A stretch of DNA of 64,000 nucleotides, taken from contig NC_043009.1 in NCBI RefSeq assembly GCF_006345805.1, positions 43,462,001 through 43,526,000 on the forward strand. Direction: 5' to 3'. This DNA comes from Octopus sinensis. Taxonomy: Eukaryota. The notes beneath the pieces are model-generated. The model was not told the origin of the DNA. It made no database searches and worked only from the letters and a program-made list of their open reading frames with translations. Below are positions 27,620 to 41,280 of the stretch, one piece after another (positions within the stretch are counted from its first letter, which is position 1; each line of letters begins with the position of its first letter). The translations under genes were made by a program, and so were the position numbers.

Positions 27620-27842
27620 GTGCGTTAATGTTTGTGTTTGTCCTCCACCGCTGCTGGACAACTGGTGCTTGTGTGTTTACATCTCTGTAACTTAGCAGTT
27701 CAGCAAAAGAGATCAAAAGAATAAATACCAGGCTTAAAAAAAACAAAGCACTCTTGAGCCAATTTCTTCGACTAAAACCCTTCACGGTGGTGCCCCAGCA
27801 TGGTCGCAATCAAAAGACTGAAACAAGTAAAAGATAAAAGAT
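27620..27842 (+). mobile_element. SINE family A, 3' half
   Basis: Tail GGTGCCCCAGCATGGTCGCAATCAAAAGACTGAAACAAGTAAAAG. Confidence 0.75.
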
Positions 27843-27929
27843 ATATTTGTAGATTAGAGTATGCACATGTGTGTATGAGTGTGTGTGTGTGAGTATGTGT
27901 CTGTGCGTGCGTGCGTGTGTGTGTGAGTG

Positions 27930-27970
<41 letters not shown>

Positions 27971-28049
27971 TGTGTGTGTGTAAAATGATGGACGATAGAT
28001 TGGCACAATGTTAGAATTTCAGGACATGATGCACGGAGCGCCACCCCGA

Positions 28050-28292
28050 CTGGCCTCCGTGCCGGTGGCACGTAAAAAGCACCATCCAACCGTGGCCGTT
28101 TGCCAGCCCCGTCTGGCACCTGTGCCGATGGCATGTAAAAAACACCCACTACACTCACGGAGTGGTTGGCGTTAGGAAGGGCATCCAGCTGTAGAAACAT
28201 TGCCAGATCAGACTGGGCCTTGTGCAGCCTTCTGGCTTGCCAGACCCCAGTTGTACCGTCCAACCCATGCTAGCATGGAAAGCGGACGCTAA

Positions 28293-28325
<33 letters not shown>
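28050..28325 (-). mobile_element. Repeat family E
   Basis: Reverse complement of 34537-34851. Confidence 0.8.
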
Positions 28326-28982
28326 CCTTGCCCCATTTGTTTCAGCTCTGATTATCCTAAGAATCAAATACCACGAACACATCACTAGAACAAAAAAAAG
28401 TTATTGATGTGAGAGGTCCTTAGGCAAGTAAAAACACCAACACACCACATGGCAGAGGAGAATTCAAGTGGACAGTGAAGTCCTTTGCACTCTAAGGAGG
28501 CACGTATATAAATATATATATAAAGCGCCTGTTCGGTCTACATCGATTTGATGGAGTGCGTGAGGTGAGGTGCAACACAAACATTGGATCTTTATAAACA
28601 AATCATTTGTGTGTGTCATTCAGCAAAAACTCAGCATTTTACATCATCTTCAATGAGAGAGCCCAACATATACATAGACATACATGCATATATATATATA
28701 TACATATATATATACATATATATAATATATATATAGGTGTACATGGTTTTACTTCCCAATGAAACTATATATATATATATATAAATATATATATACACAT
28801 ACATATGTACTTTATACATATATACATTTATAATAGCTTATAAACTAGAGTAAGCACATAGATGTGAAACAAGGTGGAAAAAAGTACTCAAATACAAGAG
28901 GTAGAGTAATATGCTGCGCTTATAACATACACATGTGATATAGATATTGCATGTATATACATATATATGTATGTATATATTA

Positions 28983-29049
<67 letters not shown>

Positions 29050-29075
29050 CACACACAAATATATTATAATGCATG

Positions 29076-29106
<31 letters not shown>

Positions 29107-29804
29107 GTATGTATATAAGAATAGGGAATGATACATATCGCTATAAATATATGTATAAATGTATTTATAACAACATATATATATATATATATGAGTTGTG
29201 TCAATACAAATATTTATACGATACATGTCTATATATGTATGTATGTATGTACATATACATACTTATATGTATATATGCATGTATGTATAAATATATACGT
29301 ATGTATGTATGATCAGCTACAGCTATAGGTATGTGTATGTGTACATACAATAATGAAAGAGCTTTTAATGTTATACCGTTGCTACACATATTCACATGTA
29401 CACACATGCATACACAAACACACACACACGTGCACACACACACACATATACCTACACACATACACCTACACACACAACACACACATATACACACACATAT
29501 ATACATAAGCCGGCAGACAAAACATTGACGCAATCAATTATATTGAATAGTAAGAGAAAATGCTATGATAAACACCAACAAAAGACAATGGAATTATTAA
29601 AAAAAAAGGTACAGTCACCCTTTTTTGTTATTTTGTATCAGATCTTACTGATCTTTTAACATCTGATACCTGGCAGTATGTAAAAAAACTAATTACAGGT
29701 AGAGCGGAGGTGGAACGGGAGGTGGCTGGCGCAGTTCATCAGGTAGGGGCAGCGACAGTCGGGGGGGGGGGGGGGGGGGAGCAGAGAAAAGAATTGTGGA
29801 GAGT

Positions 29805-30160
29805 GATGGTTGTGGCGGCGGCGGCGGCGGTGGTGGTGGTGGTGGTGGTGGTGGTGGTGGGGTGATGGCGGGTGGTGGTGTTGGCGGTGGTGGTGGTGGT
29901 GGTGGGGGTGGTGGTGGGGTGATGGCGGGGTAGTGGTGAGGTGGTGGTGGGCGGTGGTGGCGGTCTAGTGGTGTTGGCGGCGGTTGGTGGTGGTTGTTGT
30001 GGTGTGGAGTTAGTGATGGTGGTGGTAGTGGTATGGTGGTGGTGGTGGCGGTGGGCGGTTGGTGGTAGTTGGCGGTGGTGGTAGTGGTGGTGTGGTGGTG
30101 GTGATGGTGGCGGTGGTAGTGGTGGTAGTGGCGGTGAGGTAGTGGCGGTGTTGGTGGAGC
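29805..30160 (+). repeat. (GGT/GGC)n array preceded by a poly-G run
   Basis: Direct reading. Confidence 0.85.
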
Positions 30161-30774
30161 AGTAGTTGGGAAGTATTATACTGAGTGGCGGAGGGGGGGG
30201 GCAGTTTGGGTTTGGGTTTGGGTTTGAGTTTGGGTTAAATGAAATGGCAGAGGGGTACTGGTTGTGTACCGGGTTGTGTGGTATGGCAGGGTGTGTACAT
30301 GTGTGGGGGGGGGGGGGGGATGATTTGGGTAGGGTTGGTAGGGTGGGGCGGGGTGAGGTGGGGGGTGTCAGTAACGGTGTCAGTAGAGAAAGTAGTCGGA
30401 GGGTGGGAAAGGGACGTCAGTTAATTAATGAGTAAACACCACTCAATAGTTAAATAGATGCCTAAATAGATAAACAAATATGCATTTGTCCATATATATA
30501 TATATATATACACACATATAGATGTATATATATATATATATATACACATATAGAAGATGTATATACATATATATATACACACACACACATATATTTATAT
30601 AATTATCTTTTAAAGTTGTTTATGGGAAACGTTTTGAATATGCAAATAAAACTCCAATCCTATTATGCCGGTCACCGATCTAATGATGTTGATTAGTGAG
30701 TCTGAGCCAGTTTTTCAGGGTTTCATCAAGTTGTACCAATACAATGCTATTATTGTTAGTATTAGTATATATAC

Positions 30775-30817
<43 letters not shown>

Positions 30818-30824
30818 TATACCC

Positions 30825-31118
30825 TTTTACTTGTTTCAGTCATTTGACTGTGGCCAAGTTGGAGCACCACCTTTAGTTGAACAAATCAACCCCCAGGACT
30901 TATATTTTTGTAAGCATAGTACTTACTCTATCAGTCTCTTTCGCACAACCGCTAAGTTATGGGGGACATAAACGCACCTATATTGGTTGTCAAGCGATGG
31001 TGGGGAAACAAAGATAGACACACGAAAAACACACACACACACCATATAAATTAAATACATATATATATAGATATATATATATACGATATATAATAAACAT
31101 ATATATATATATATATAT

Positions 31119-31167
<49 letters not shown>

Positions 31168-31185
31168 ATATATATAATAAACATA

Positions 31186-31219
<34 letters not shown>

Positions 31220-31229
31220 TATATATATA

Positions 31230-31272
<43 letters not shown>

Positions 31273-31375
31273 ATATAATAGGCTTAATAGAAGACACTTC
31301 CCCAAGGTCCCATGCAATGGGACTGAACCCAGAATTATGTAGTTGTGGGAAGCAATCTTCTTACCACACACCCAT
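30825..31375 (-). mobile_element. SINE family A split by a (TA)n expansion
   Basis: Tail near 30830 and head near 31290-31372. Confidence 0.75.
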
Positions 31376-31848
31376 ATATTTTATCTTCTTTTATATACAT
31401 ATATGGGAGCTTGCTTCTTAGCTATATGATTTCGGGTTCACACCCACTGCGTGGAACTTTGGCCAGGTGACTTCTTGTGATTGAATTCGGTAGGTGGAAG
31501 TTACTGCCGTGTGTGTATGTGTGCGTATAGCTGCTCAGTGCCTCTCCAAAAGAGAGAGAGGGATATATAGAAAGTGATGGTTTGTTGCCAGTGGCAGTCC
31601 CAGTAAAGGGAAGACTGCTACTGCTATTTAGCGTCAAGAAACTATGTGACACAAGTGTACTGTGTCCTTATGCTTTCAAACAAAGGAAATAAGCACCTCA
31701 ACCCAGCAAGGACAGCAACTAGAGACTAGTTTCAGACTCATTGCTCTTCATCAGTCTGGGACTGCCAGATTAAGTTGGCAAGAAACCGTCATTTTATCAC
31801 ACGGTATAAATCTCTCTGAGAGATTTAGAAATGTAATATTTCTAGTTT

Positions 31849-31895
<47 letters not shown>

Positions 31896-32421
31896 CAGGC
31901 TTCTTTCAGTTTCTGTCAACCAAATCCACTCGCAAGGCTTTGGTTGGCCCAATGTTATAGTAGAAGACACTTGCTCAAGGTCCCATGCAGTGGAACTGAA
32001 CCCAGAACCATGTGGTTGGGAAGCAAGCTTCTTACCACACAGCCACTCCTGCACCTACATGTTTGTTCATACTTTTCTGTATTATGTCTGTTTAGGTTTT
32101 TGGGGTTTTTTTCTGTTAACAAGAGTACCTGAATTTATTGTCGAAGTCATCTTTTATTGCTGGATGTCCTTTCTGGTGCTAACCTTTACCTCTTTTCTCA
32201 AGTAAGGAATCCATTATTCCTTCTGTCATCAAAGGCATGAAGTGAGCAAATTATGGTTAATTGAAAGGGTTTGCACCCCAAAAATTTCAGTTGTAATTCA
32301 CATTTCTAGAGCATAAAATAAAATAAAATTGATGTCCATACATACACAGACACACAAGTGTACATCTCTCTCTCCCTCTCTCCTCTCTCCCTCTCTCTCT
32401 CCTCCCTCTCTCCCTCTCTCT

Positions 32422-32462
<41 letters not shown>

Positions 32463-32504
32463 GCTCCTACACGCATTTTTTTCTCTCCTTGTTTCTCTCC
32501 TTGT

Positions 32505-32640
32505 TTTTTTCTGTGTATCTTTCTGTCGGAGAACGTAAAAGACTTGTTCTATTTCTATTCCTGAGCGCCATACTAATACATTTGTTTGTTTGTACTCCAC
32601 CTGCCTTTGTCTTTTGTTTATTTTCATAAACCTTCCCGTT
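32505..32640 (+). repeat. Family F copy with stem II deleted
   Basis: TTTCTGTCGGAGAACGTAAAAGACTT...CCTGAGCG..ACTAATACA. Confidence 0.6.
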
Positions 32641-32646
32641 ATATAT

Positions 32647-32684
<38 letters not shown>

Positions 32685-33011
32685 GATATATATATAAATG
32701 ATCTCTTTCACAACATCTTTCACTCAAGAATAGCTATGGGTTTGCACCTAGAAAGTTGTCCTCCAATGCACAAGTCTGTGCATACCAGCCTCCCCACATC
32801 ACACCACTAATGTTATCCAAGGGAAAGCCAAAAGCCAATACATTGACATTGTAACTGAAACAACATGAAATAAAGTGTCTTGCTCAAGAACACAACACAC
32901 AGCTGTTATCTGGCAATTGAACTCACTACTTCATGATTGTGAGCCGATACTCTAACCACTGAGTCATTTGATGTAATACACACACACACACACACACAAT
33001 ATATGTGTGTA

Positions 33012-33065
<54 letters not shown>

Positions 33066-33307
33066 ACATACATGTATGTATTTATGTATGTATATATGTG
33101 TGTGTTGTGTAGGTATGTATGTATGGTTGAATGAGTGCCTGTTAATAACTTAATTACATTGATTTCTATTCTTCATTAACACTTAATCACAATTGGGAAC
33201 GACAGGAACATCTGATATGCTAATTGTCAAATATACCAATTATTTCAAACAATTAGAAACATAAAAACAAAAGCAAACAATGAATGGAAAAGTCTAAAAA
33301 GAATTAA

Positions 33308-33343
<36 letters not shown>

Positions 33344-33345
<2 letters not shown>

Positions 33346-34165
33346 CTCAGGAGTGGCTGTGTGGTAGGTAGCTTGCTTACCAACCACATGGTTCTGGGCT
33401 CAGTCCCACTGTGTGGCAAGTGTCTTCCACTATAGCCCCGGGTTGACCAAAGCCTTGTCAGTGGACAGGAACTGAAAGAAGCCCATCGTATATATATATG
33501 TGTGTGTGTGTGTTTGTGTATGTTTGTGTGTCCGTGTCTGTTCCTCCCACCATCGCTTGTGTTTATGTCCCCATAACTTAGCAGTTTAGCAAAACAGACT
33601 GATAGAATAAGTACTAGGCTTACAAGGAATAAGTCCTGGGGTTGATTTGTTCAACTAAAGGTAGTGCTCCAGCATGGCCGCAATAAAATGACTGAAACAA
33701 ATAAAAGAATAAAAAAGAATGCAGGAATAGCTGTATAGTAAGAAGCTTGCTTCACAACCACATGGTTCTGGGTTCAGTCCCACTGCGTGGCACCTTGGGC
33801 AAGTGTCTTCTACTATACCCTCAGGCTGACCAAAGCCTTGTGAATGGATTTAGTAGACAGAAACAGAAAGAAGCACGTCATATACATATGTATGTGTGCA
33901 TATATATATATTATTTATATTATTATTATTATTATTATATATATGCATATATATATATAATATATATATATATATGTATGTATATGTATTTGTCCCCCCG
34001 CCATTGCTTGAGAACTGATGCTGGTGTGTTTACATCTCCGTAACTTAGCGATTTGGTGAAAGAGACCAATAGAATAAGTACAAGGCTTCCAAAGACTAAG
34101 TCCTGTTCAACAAAAAGCAGTGCTCCAGCATTGCCGTTGTCAAATGACTGAAACAGATAAAAGAA
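33344..34165 (+). mobile_element. Two tandem SINE family A copies (33344-33716; 33722-34165)
   Basis: Two heads and two tails. Confidence 0.85.
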
Positions 34166-34503
34166 AAAAGAAAAAAAACTATACATTCATATCACTGAAA
34201 GAGAGTGAAGAGTAAGAGAGTGGGAAAGAGAGAGTCAGAAAGGGAGAGTAGGAGTAAGGAAGCATGAAATAAGTGATAGAAATAATGAGACTATGAGAAA
34301 ATGATAAAGTGCGAGATAGATAAATTGATAAATAAATAAATAGTGAGAGAGAGAGGGAGAGAGATGGTAGGGATATAACTATAAATGAACCAAATAGGGA
34401 GGGAGATTTAGAAAGATGTGTGTGTATATATATATATGTATGTATATATGTATACATACAGAGAAAGAGAGAGGGAAGGCGTATCAAAGTAAGTGAGCTG
34501 AAT

Positions 34504-34536
<33 letters not shown>

Positions 34537-34539
<3 letters not shown>

Positions 34540-34851
34540 TCATCATCATCATCATTTAGCGTCCGCTTTCCATGCTAGCATGGGTTGGACGGTTCAACTG
34601 GGGTCTGGGAAGCCAGAAGGTTGCACCAGGCCCAGTCTGATTTGGCAATGTTTCTACAGCTAGATGGCCTTCCTAACGCCAACCACTCCGTGAGTGTAGT
34701 GGGTGCTTCTTACATGCCACCAGCACAGGTGCCAGTCAGGGCTGGCAAACGGCCACGGTCGGATGGTGCTTTTTACATGCCACCGGCACAGGGGCCAGGC
34801 GAGGCTGGCAATGGCCACGATCGGATGGCGCTTTTTACGTGCCACTGGCAC
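34537..34851 (+). mobile_element. Repeat family E with internal tandem units, running into the gap
   Basis: Repeated GGTGCTT(T/C)TTACATGCCACC(A/G)GCAC units. Confidence 0.8.
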
Positions 34852-34951
34852 NNNNNNNNNNNNNNNNNNNNNNNNNNNNNNNNNNNNNNNNNNNNNNNNN
34901 NNNNNNNNNNNNNNNNNNNNNNNNNNNNNNNNNNNNNNNNNNNNNNNNNNN
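34852..34951. other. Assembly gap (100 N)
   Basis: Run of N. Confidence 0.98.
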
Positions 34952-35163
34952 AAACACACCAGCATTGGTTGTCAACAATGCTAGGGGGACAACACAGACA
35001 CACAACACACACACACACATACATATATATACATATATACGACGGGCTTCTTTCAGTTTCCGTCTACCAAATCCACTCACAAGGCTATGGTCGGCTCGAG
35101 GCTATAGGATAAGACACTTGCCCAAGGTACCATGCAATAGGACTGAACTCGGAACCACGTTGT

Positions 35164-35228
<65 letters not shown>

Positions 35229-35231
<3 letters not shown>

Positions 35232-35321
35232 ACAATTATTTGGTAACCATGATAAAACTCCGAGTCTCGGATGTCGGGGCAGAAACTCGGAGTTTTATTA
35301 TGGCTACCAAATAATTGTCAC
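35229..35321. repeat. Hairpin with 37-bp arms (35229-35265 / 35285-35321) and a 19-nt spacer
   Basis: GTGACAATTATTTGGTAACCATGATAAAACTCCGAGT versus its reverse complement, 2 mismatches. Confidence 0.85.
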
Positions 35322-35580
35322 ATATTGTATTTACAGATAAATTCCTCTATTTACATAATATCGGGGTCTCTTTCATTCTTTTGTTGTCTTGCCATACACA
35401 CACACACACACATACACACACATGGTATTACTGCTTTAACACAATGGAAATAAACAACAATTGTCGTTTTGTTGTTCATTGTTAAACAGGAGACAATCTT
35501 TGTTCAAAGTGAAATCTAAAAGAAACGTTGAATAGAAAGATAGACATACCATATGAAACTAGAATAAACGAACACACACT

Positions 35581-35612
<32 letters not shown>

Positions 35613-35809
35613 ACCACACACACATACATATGGAGGCTTGCGTAATTACTGTGAGAATGTTAGTGTGTATCTTGTTTCAATCTTACAACCTGAGGCTAGT
35701 GAAATATTGTTCTCGTTCGTTTCATTATTTCACTTGTCTAAAGTCGTAATAATCTCGAAGCAATGACCGAGTTATGGAGACAGTGTCTGCATGTCTTTAA
35801 TAACAACAA

Positions 35810-35874
<65 letters not shown>

Positions 35875-36033
35875 CTGTTACTCTTTCTCCCTCTCTCTCT
35901 GTCTCCCTTTCCGTGGTCGCTGTTGACACGCAAGCATACACATATGTATATGCATATACGTATGCACACATTTACATATGTATAAATATATATGTGTGTG
36001 TGTGTATGTGTGTGTGTGTGTGTGTGTATGTGT

Positions 36034-36076
<43 letters not shown>

Positions 36077-36145
36077 GGTCCCGGGTTGAGTCGGGGTTAA
36101 CCACAGTAAATAAGGTACTCAATACATTGCAGAGTAAATTAATTT

Positions 36146-36265
36146 ATTTTATAGAAGGAGCTTCTACAGGACTAGTACTGTTTCATTCAAATGAAATCAT
36201 CAGCTTCCTGATGATTTCATTTGAATGAAACAGTACTAGTCCTGTAGAAGCTCCTTCTATAAAAT
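36146..36265. repeat. Perfect palindrome with 58-bp arms and a CTTC loop
   Basis: 36146-36203 is the exact reverse complement of 36208-36265. Confidence 0.95.
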
Positions 36266-36707
36266 ATATATATATTATATATATATATATCTATATATAT
36301 TATATATATATATGTACACGCTCTTTTACTTGTTTTTAACACACTGGAATGCGGCCATGCTAGGACATTATCCAGTAGAGTCAGTTGAACAAATCAACTC
36401 TAGTGCGTATTTCAAGTGTAGTATTTTTTCTATCGGTATTTTGCCGAACTGCTATGCTATTAGGATGTAAAGAAATCAACAATCGACAACAGTTTGTCAT
36501 GCAGTAGAGAACAAACACCAAAGATACACCAACTACATATACATATACAATTTACATACCGGTATGTGTGTGTATATATATATATAATATATATATTATA
36601 TATATATATATATATACACGCCCAAGGTGCCACGCAGTGGGACTGAACCTGGGACCATGTGGTTGGAAGCAAGCTACTTACCACACAGCAACTCCTGCGC
36701 CTATATA

Positions 36708-36749
<42 letters not shown>

Positions 36750-36754
36750 GATTG

Positions 36755-37000
36755 TATATATAATGGCCAAACAGGAATGTCACTCCGTCAAAGAACCCCT
36801 CTTCACAAGAGCAAATCCGCTACCCACAACACAGACAGTTACAGGCCAATGAACAAATAGAAAGTTGTGCCAGGAGCCTTAGTCCTAACTTCCAAATTTT
36901 CCCACCTCAGTTCAGCAAAGAATGAATAAAGAAGCAACTTTCATCCATAAATATCATCCACAACTCAACAGGAACACATAACATAATATAGAACACTACT
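36755..37000 (+). pseudogene. Decayed Penelope-like GIY-YIG endonuclease
   Basis: GQTGMSLRQR..H/EQIRYPQHRQLQANEQIESCA...NFQIFP/VQQRMNKEATFIHKYHPQLN* across frameshifts. Confidence 0.7.
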
Positions 37001-37458
37001 AACCTTACCATTAATACCACTAATTCCCATACATTCCATACACCATTCATATTACAGTATTACGTCTACCCTAAGTGCACCACTCCCAGAACTACTTACC
37101 TCCCTTGCATATAATCTTTTTACTCAAGGACAACGTTTGGTAATCGGTGCGCAATCAAAGCCAGTGAACAGCAATTGACGAAACCAGTATGACTTTCAAT
37201 TCCTTTATGACTTTTATTCCTCTGAATTCTACCTCAGTTTATTTAATTGCATATATCTATCGTTACTTTTCATAAAAGAAGCCTTTATTTTTTCTATATC
37301 CAATGTGTATTTCCGCTCTTTTCTTCTTACTTTCCCCATATATCTACAACGTGCAGTTTATTTTTCTCTTGCCCAAGATGCCACGCAGTGGGACTGAACC
37401 CGGAACCATGTGGTTGGTTAGCAAGCTACTTACCACACAGCCACTCCTGCGCCTATAT

Positions 37459-37579
<121 letters not shown>

Positions 37580-37844
37580 TATATATATAATATATATATA
37601 TATTATATATATTATTATATATATATATATATATATAACCCCATCACATAGTCCTTGGGTAGTTTTAGCGGAGTCAATACTGTTGTAAAATTTCAGGTCA
37701 GAGGGCATCTCCGCTCTCTTCCTACTAGTCTACGGGGTCCCGAAAAAGGCCATGGGTTATGCCCTCCCCTGCTAACTAAGTCGCACAAATATATATGCTA
37801 TAGAAACAACACAGTTTATACCAGTAGATATTAAAAGAGTCAAC

Positions 37845-38255
37845 GAACTGGTGGAATTGTTAGCACGTCGAACAAATAGCTCACCGGCATTTTTAATGGC
37901 TTTTTAGGTTTTCCGTTCAAATTCCGTCAAGGTCGGTTTTGCTTTTCATTCTTTCTAGATCTATGAAATAAGTATCAGTCAAGAACTTAAGTCGATGTAA
38001 TGTATGTAAATTCGTGGCCTCGAGCCAAAATTAGAAAAAAAAATAGCTATTGGCTTCAGACAAGAGTACAAGGCCTGCAGTTTTAGGAGAAGTTATAAGT
38101 TTATTTAATCCATCCCAGTGTTGACCTGATGCCTATTTCATCAACTCCAAAACGATAGGTTGACCTCAGCAAGATTTGAACTCAGAATGTAAAACCGAGA
38201 GACATGCCGCTAAGCAATTTTGTCCAAAATGGTAATGATTCTGCCAGCATGGCAG
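37845..38255. mobile_element. Two decayed SINE B copies, tail to tail (+ then -)
   Basis: Cores at about 37910-37950 (+) and 38155-38215 (-). Confidence 0.6.
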
Positions 38256-38530
38256 AATCCTTACCATTTGTAGGAGTGGAGTATGTGGATGTGGGGTGCG
38301 GGTGGAAGGGTATCAATGAAGAGAGAAGGTGGGTAGGAATGAAGAGAGGAAGTAGGTGACAGAGCGAGAAAGGAGAGGAGGGAAGTTGAGCCCATGTAGC
38401 GAGATGTTAGAATATCTATGTATGTATATGTGTGTGTGTATACATACATACATACACACACACACACATGTATATATAAACATATATGAATGCATAAATA
38501 TGCGTGTTTATGTATATATATTATATACAT

Positions 38531-38832
38531 AGCCTCGGGCCTACCAATGCCTTGTGAGAGGATTTGGTAGACGGAAACTGAAAGAAGCCTGTCGTATATA
38601 TATATATATATGTATGTATGTGTATGTATGTGTTTGTCCCTCTAGCATTGCTTGACAACCGATGCTGGTGTGTTTACGTCCCCGTCACTTAGCGGTTCGG
38701 CAAAAGAGACCGATAGAATAAGTACTGGGCTTACAAAGAATAAGTCCCGGGGTCGAGTTGCTCGACTAAAGGCGGTGCTCCAGCATGGCCGCAGTCAAAT
38801 GACTGAAACAAGTAAAAGAGTAAAGAGTAAAG
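38531..38832 (+). mobile_element. SINE family A, 5'-truncated, young
   Basis: Near-identical to 51025-51335. Confidence 0.9.
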
Positions 38833-38921
38833 AGTATATATACACATATATACACATATATACATTTTAACATATACTTTTTAACATATTAAAATATATA
38901 TCTAATTAGAATTACTTGCAG

Positions 38922-39181
38922 ACACTGCTAGTCTTTGACGGGAAAGTTCTTGGAGAGAACCCTCTGCACGAGCCACTTGTTTATCCTCTCCTTCCTCAAC
39001 GGTTTCGTTCCGTCGGTCTTTAGAAAAACGGTACCTTGTCTCTTCTATTCCAACGAAATTTGCAGTACTGCAAAACTACTTCCAGAAATTGATATGTGCC
39101 TGTATTTTCTCTTTTCTTCTCACTGATGAGTACTAGATGGACGAAAGATTAATTAACATGGACAAAAGTTTAATTAATTTC
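38922..39181 (+). repeat. 260-bp direct repeat, copy 1 (copy 2 at 40741-41000)
   Basis: Near-identical, with a handful of substitutions; contains CTGATGAGTACTAGATGGACGAAAG. Confidence 0.9.
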
Positions 39182-39675
39182 CTGGTGAAATATTAACTCG
39201 GTGTGTATTTTAATTAATACCAACTGAATGTAGATTTTGTTGCTCGCTGGTATGTGTTATTGTTTCTATACACACATACACTCACATGCATACACACACT
39301 CACATGCATACACACACTCACATGCATACACACACTCACATGCATACACACACTCACATGCATACACACACATGTTATTATGTATTATACAAACACAAGC
39401 ATATACATACATGTATACATACATACATATATATCTGTGTGTAGAGAGAGAGACAGAGACAGAGATTGAGAGAAAGAGAGAGAGCGAGAGAGAGAGAGAG
39501 GGGGAGAGAGAGAGAGCAGAAAGACATACATATATAAGCGTCTATAAATATACATGTGTATATATGTATATATTTACATATCCCTCTCTCAACACACGCA
39601 CACACACCCATAGACATATATATACGTATGTATATGTATGTGTGTATATATATGTATGCATACATACATATACAT

Positions 39676-39724
<49 letters not shown>

Positions 39725-40444
39725 TGACTATATAAATATGCGTGTTTACGTATATATGTGTATATATATGTATGTGTGTGTGTGTATATCCATATGTACA
39801 CATAAATACATACATATATGCACACATACATTTAAACACATACTTACATTCATAATATATACATGCATACGTACGTACATACATATAAACATATGTGCAT
39901 ACACATAGATTAAAATAAAAATGTAAAAGCAAAACATTTGGCATCACTAACAAACCCATTTAATGCATATAGAGAATATGAACATATAGAATCCCTTACA
40001 GCTGTTTCTAGAATAGCCAAGCATGTGGATCATTATATTGAGTAAGTCTTCCATAAGATGAGTATGCCGTCATCAGATAGGGAGAAGTCAGAGAGATGTA
40101 AAAATGAAGTAATATCCTCAGTCGAGGATATTAGACCATTCCAGTTTGTCAAAAATGAAAGAAGGATCAGAGTGAAAACTATATGTGCTAGGAAGTTCCA
40201 TGACCGAATAAATAATAAAGATATAGGTAATGTCCGTTAACAATTCCAAAAGAGAATGCTTGATGATGATAAATGGCAAAGGATAATGGCAGTTACCAGT
40301 TCTAGTTTTGAATAGAAAATACATACATACAAGCTCGCATGCACGCATACATACATACATGCATGCATTCATACATGCATGCATGCATACATACATACAT
40401 ACATACATACATACATACATACATACATACATACAATACATACA

Positions 40445-40478
<34 letters not shown>

Positions 40479-40740
40479 CATGCATACATATATACATACA
40501 TAAAAATGGAACAATATATATTACATGAACTAAGAGAAACACCACGCGGAGAGTTATCTTTCTCCGAGTGATAGTATCTGCATCTAATCTAAGTAGGTGA
40601 ATAGTTTTGAAGAGAAGGAAGTCAGTCGATACCACCAGCCCTACTACTTGGCTGATACATTATTTTAAGGACCTTGAATGAATGAAAGGCATAGTCTACC
40701 TTCTGCACTAGTTTTAATTGGTATTCTGCAAGTCTTTGGT

Positions 40741-41000
40741 ACAGTGCTAGTCTTTGACGGGAAAGTTCTTGGAGAGAACCCTCTGCACGAGCCACTTGTT
40801 TATCCTTTTCTTCCTCAACGGTTTCGTTCCGTCGGTCTTTAGAAAAACGGTACTTTGTCTCTTCTATTCCAACGAAATTTGCAGTACTCCAAAACTACTT
40901 CCAGAAATGGATATGTGCCTGTATTTTCTCTTTTCTTCTCACTGATGAGTACTAGATGGACGAAAGATTAATTAACATGGACAAAAGTTTAATTAATTTC
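40741..41000 (+). repeat. 260-bp direct repeat, copy 2
   Basis: See 38922-39181. Confidence 0.9.
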
Positions 41001-41059
41001 AAAATTTTAATTAATTAATACGATTCGTGCAGATTTTTTAAGTTAGGCTGAAGGTCACA

Positions 41060-41280
41060 AATATTGGTTTCAAATTTTGGCACAATGCTAGCAATTTCGG
41101 GGAAGGGGGTTAGTCGATTATATCGACCCCCAGTGCTCGATTGGGACTTATTTTATCGACCCCGAAAAAATGGAAGACAAAGTCAATCTCGACGCAATTT
41201 GAACTCAGAACGTAAAGACGTATAAAATGCTACTAAGCATTTTGCCCGGCGTGCTAACAGTTCTGCCAGCTCACAGCCTT
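41060..41280 (-). mobile_element. SINE family B, tail type 2
   Basis: GGTTTCAAATTTTGGCACAA tail; GAACTCAGAACG core. Confidence 0.8.

Noticed and set aside
37150-37200. TGACGAAACCAGTA downstream of the GIY-YIG remnant
   Set aside because: No intact CTGANGA or stem I; at most a decayed relic
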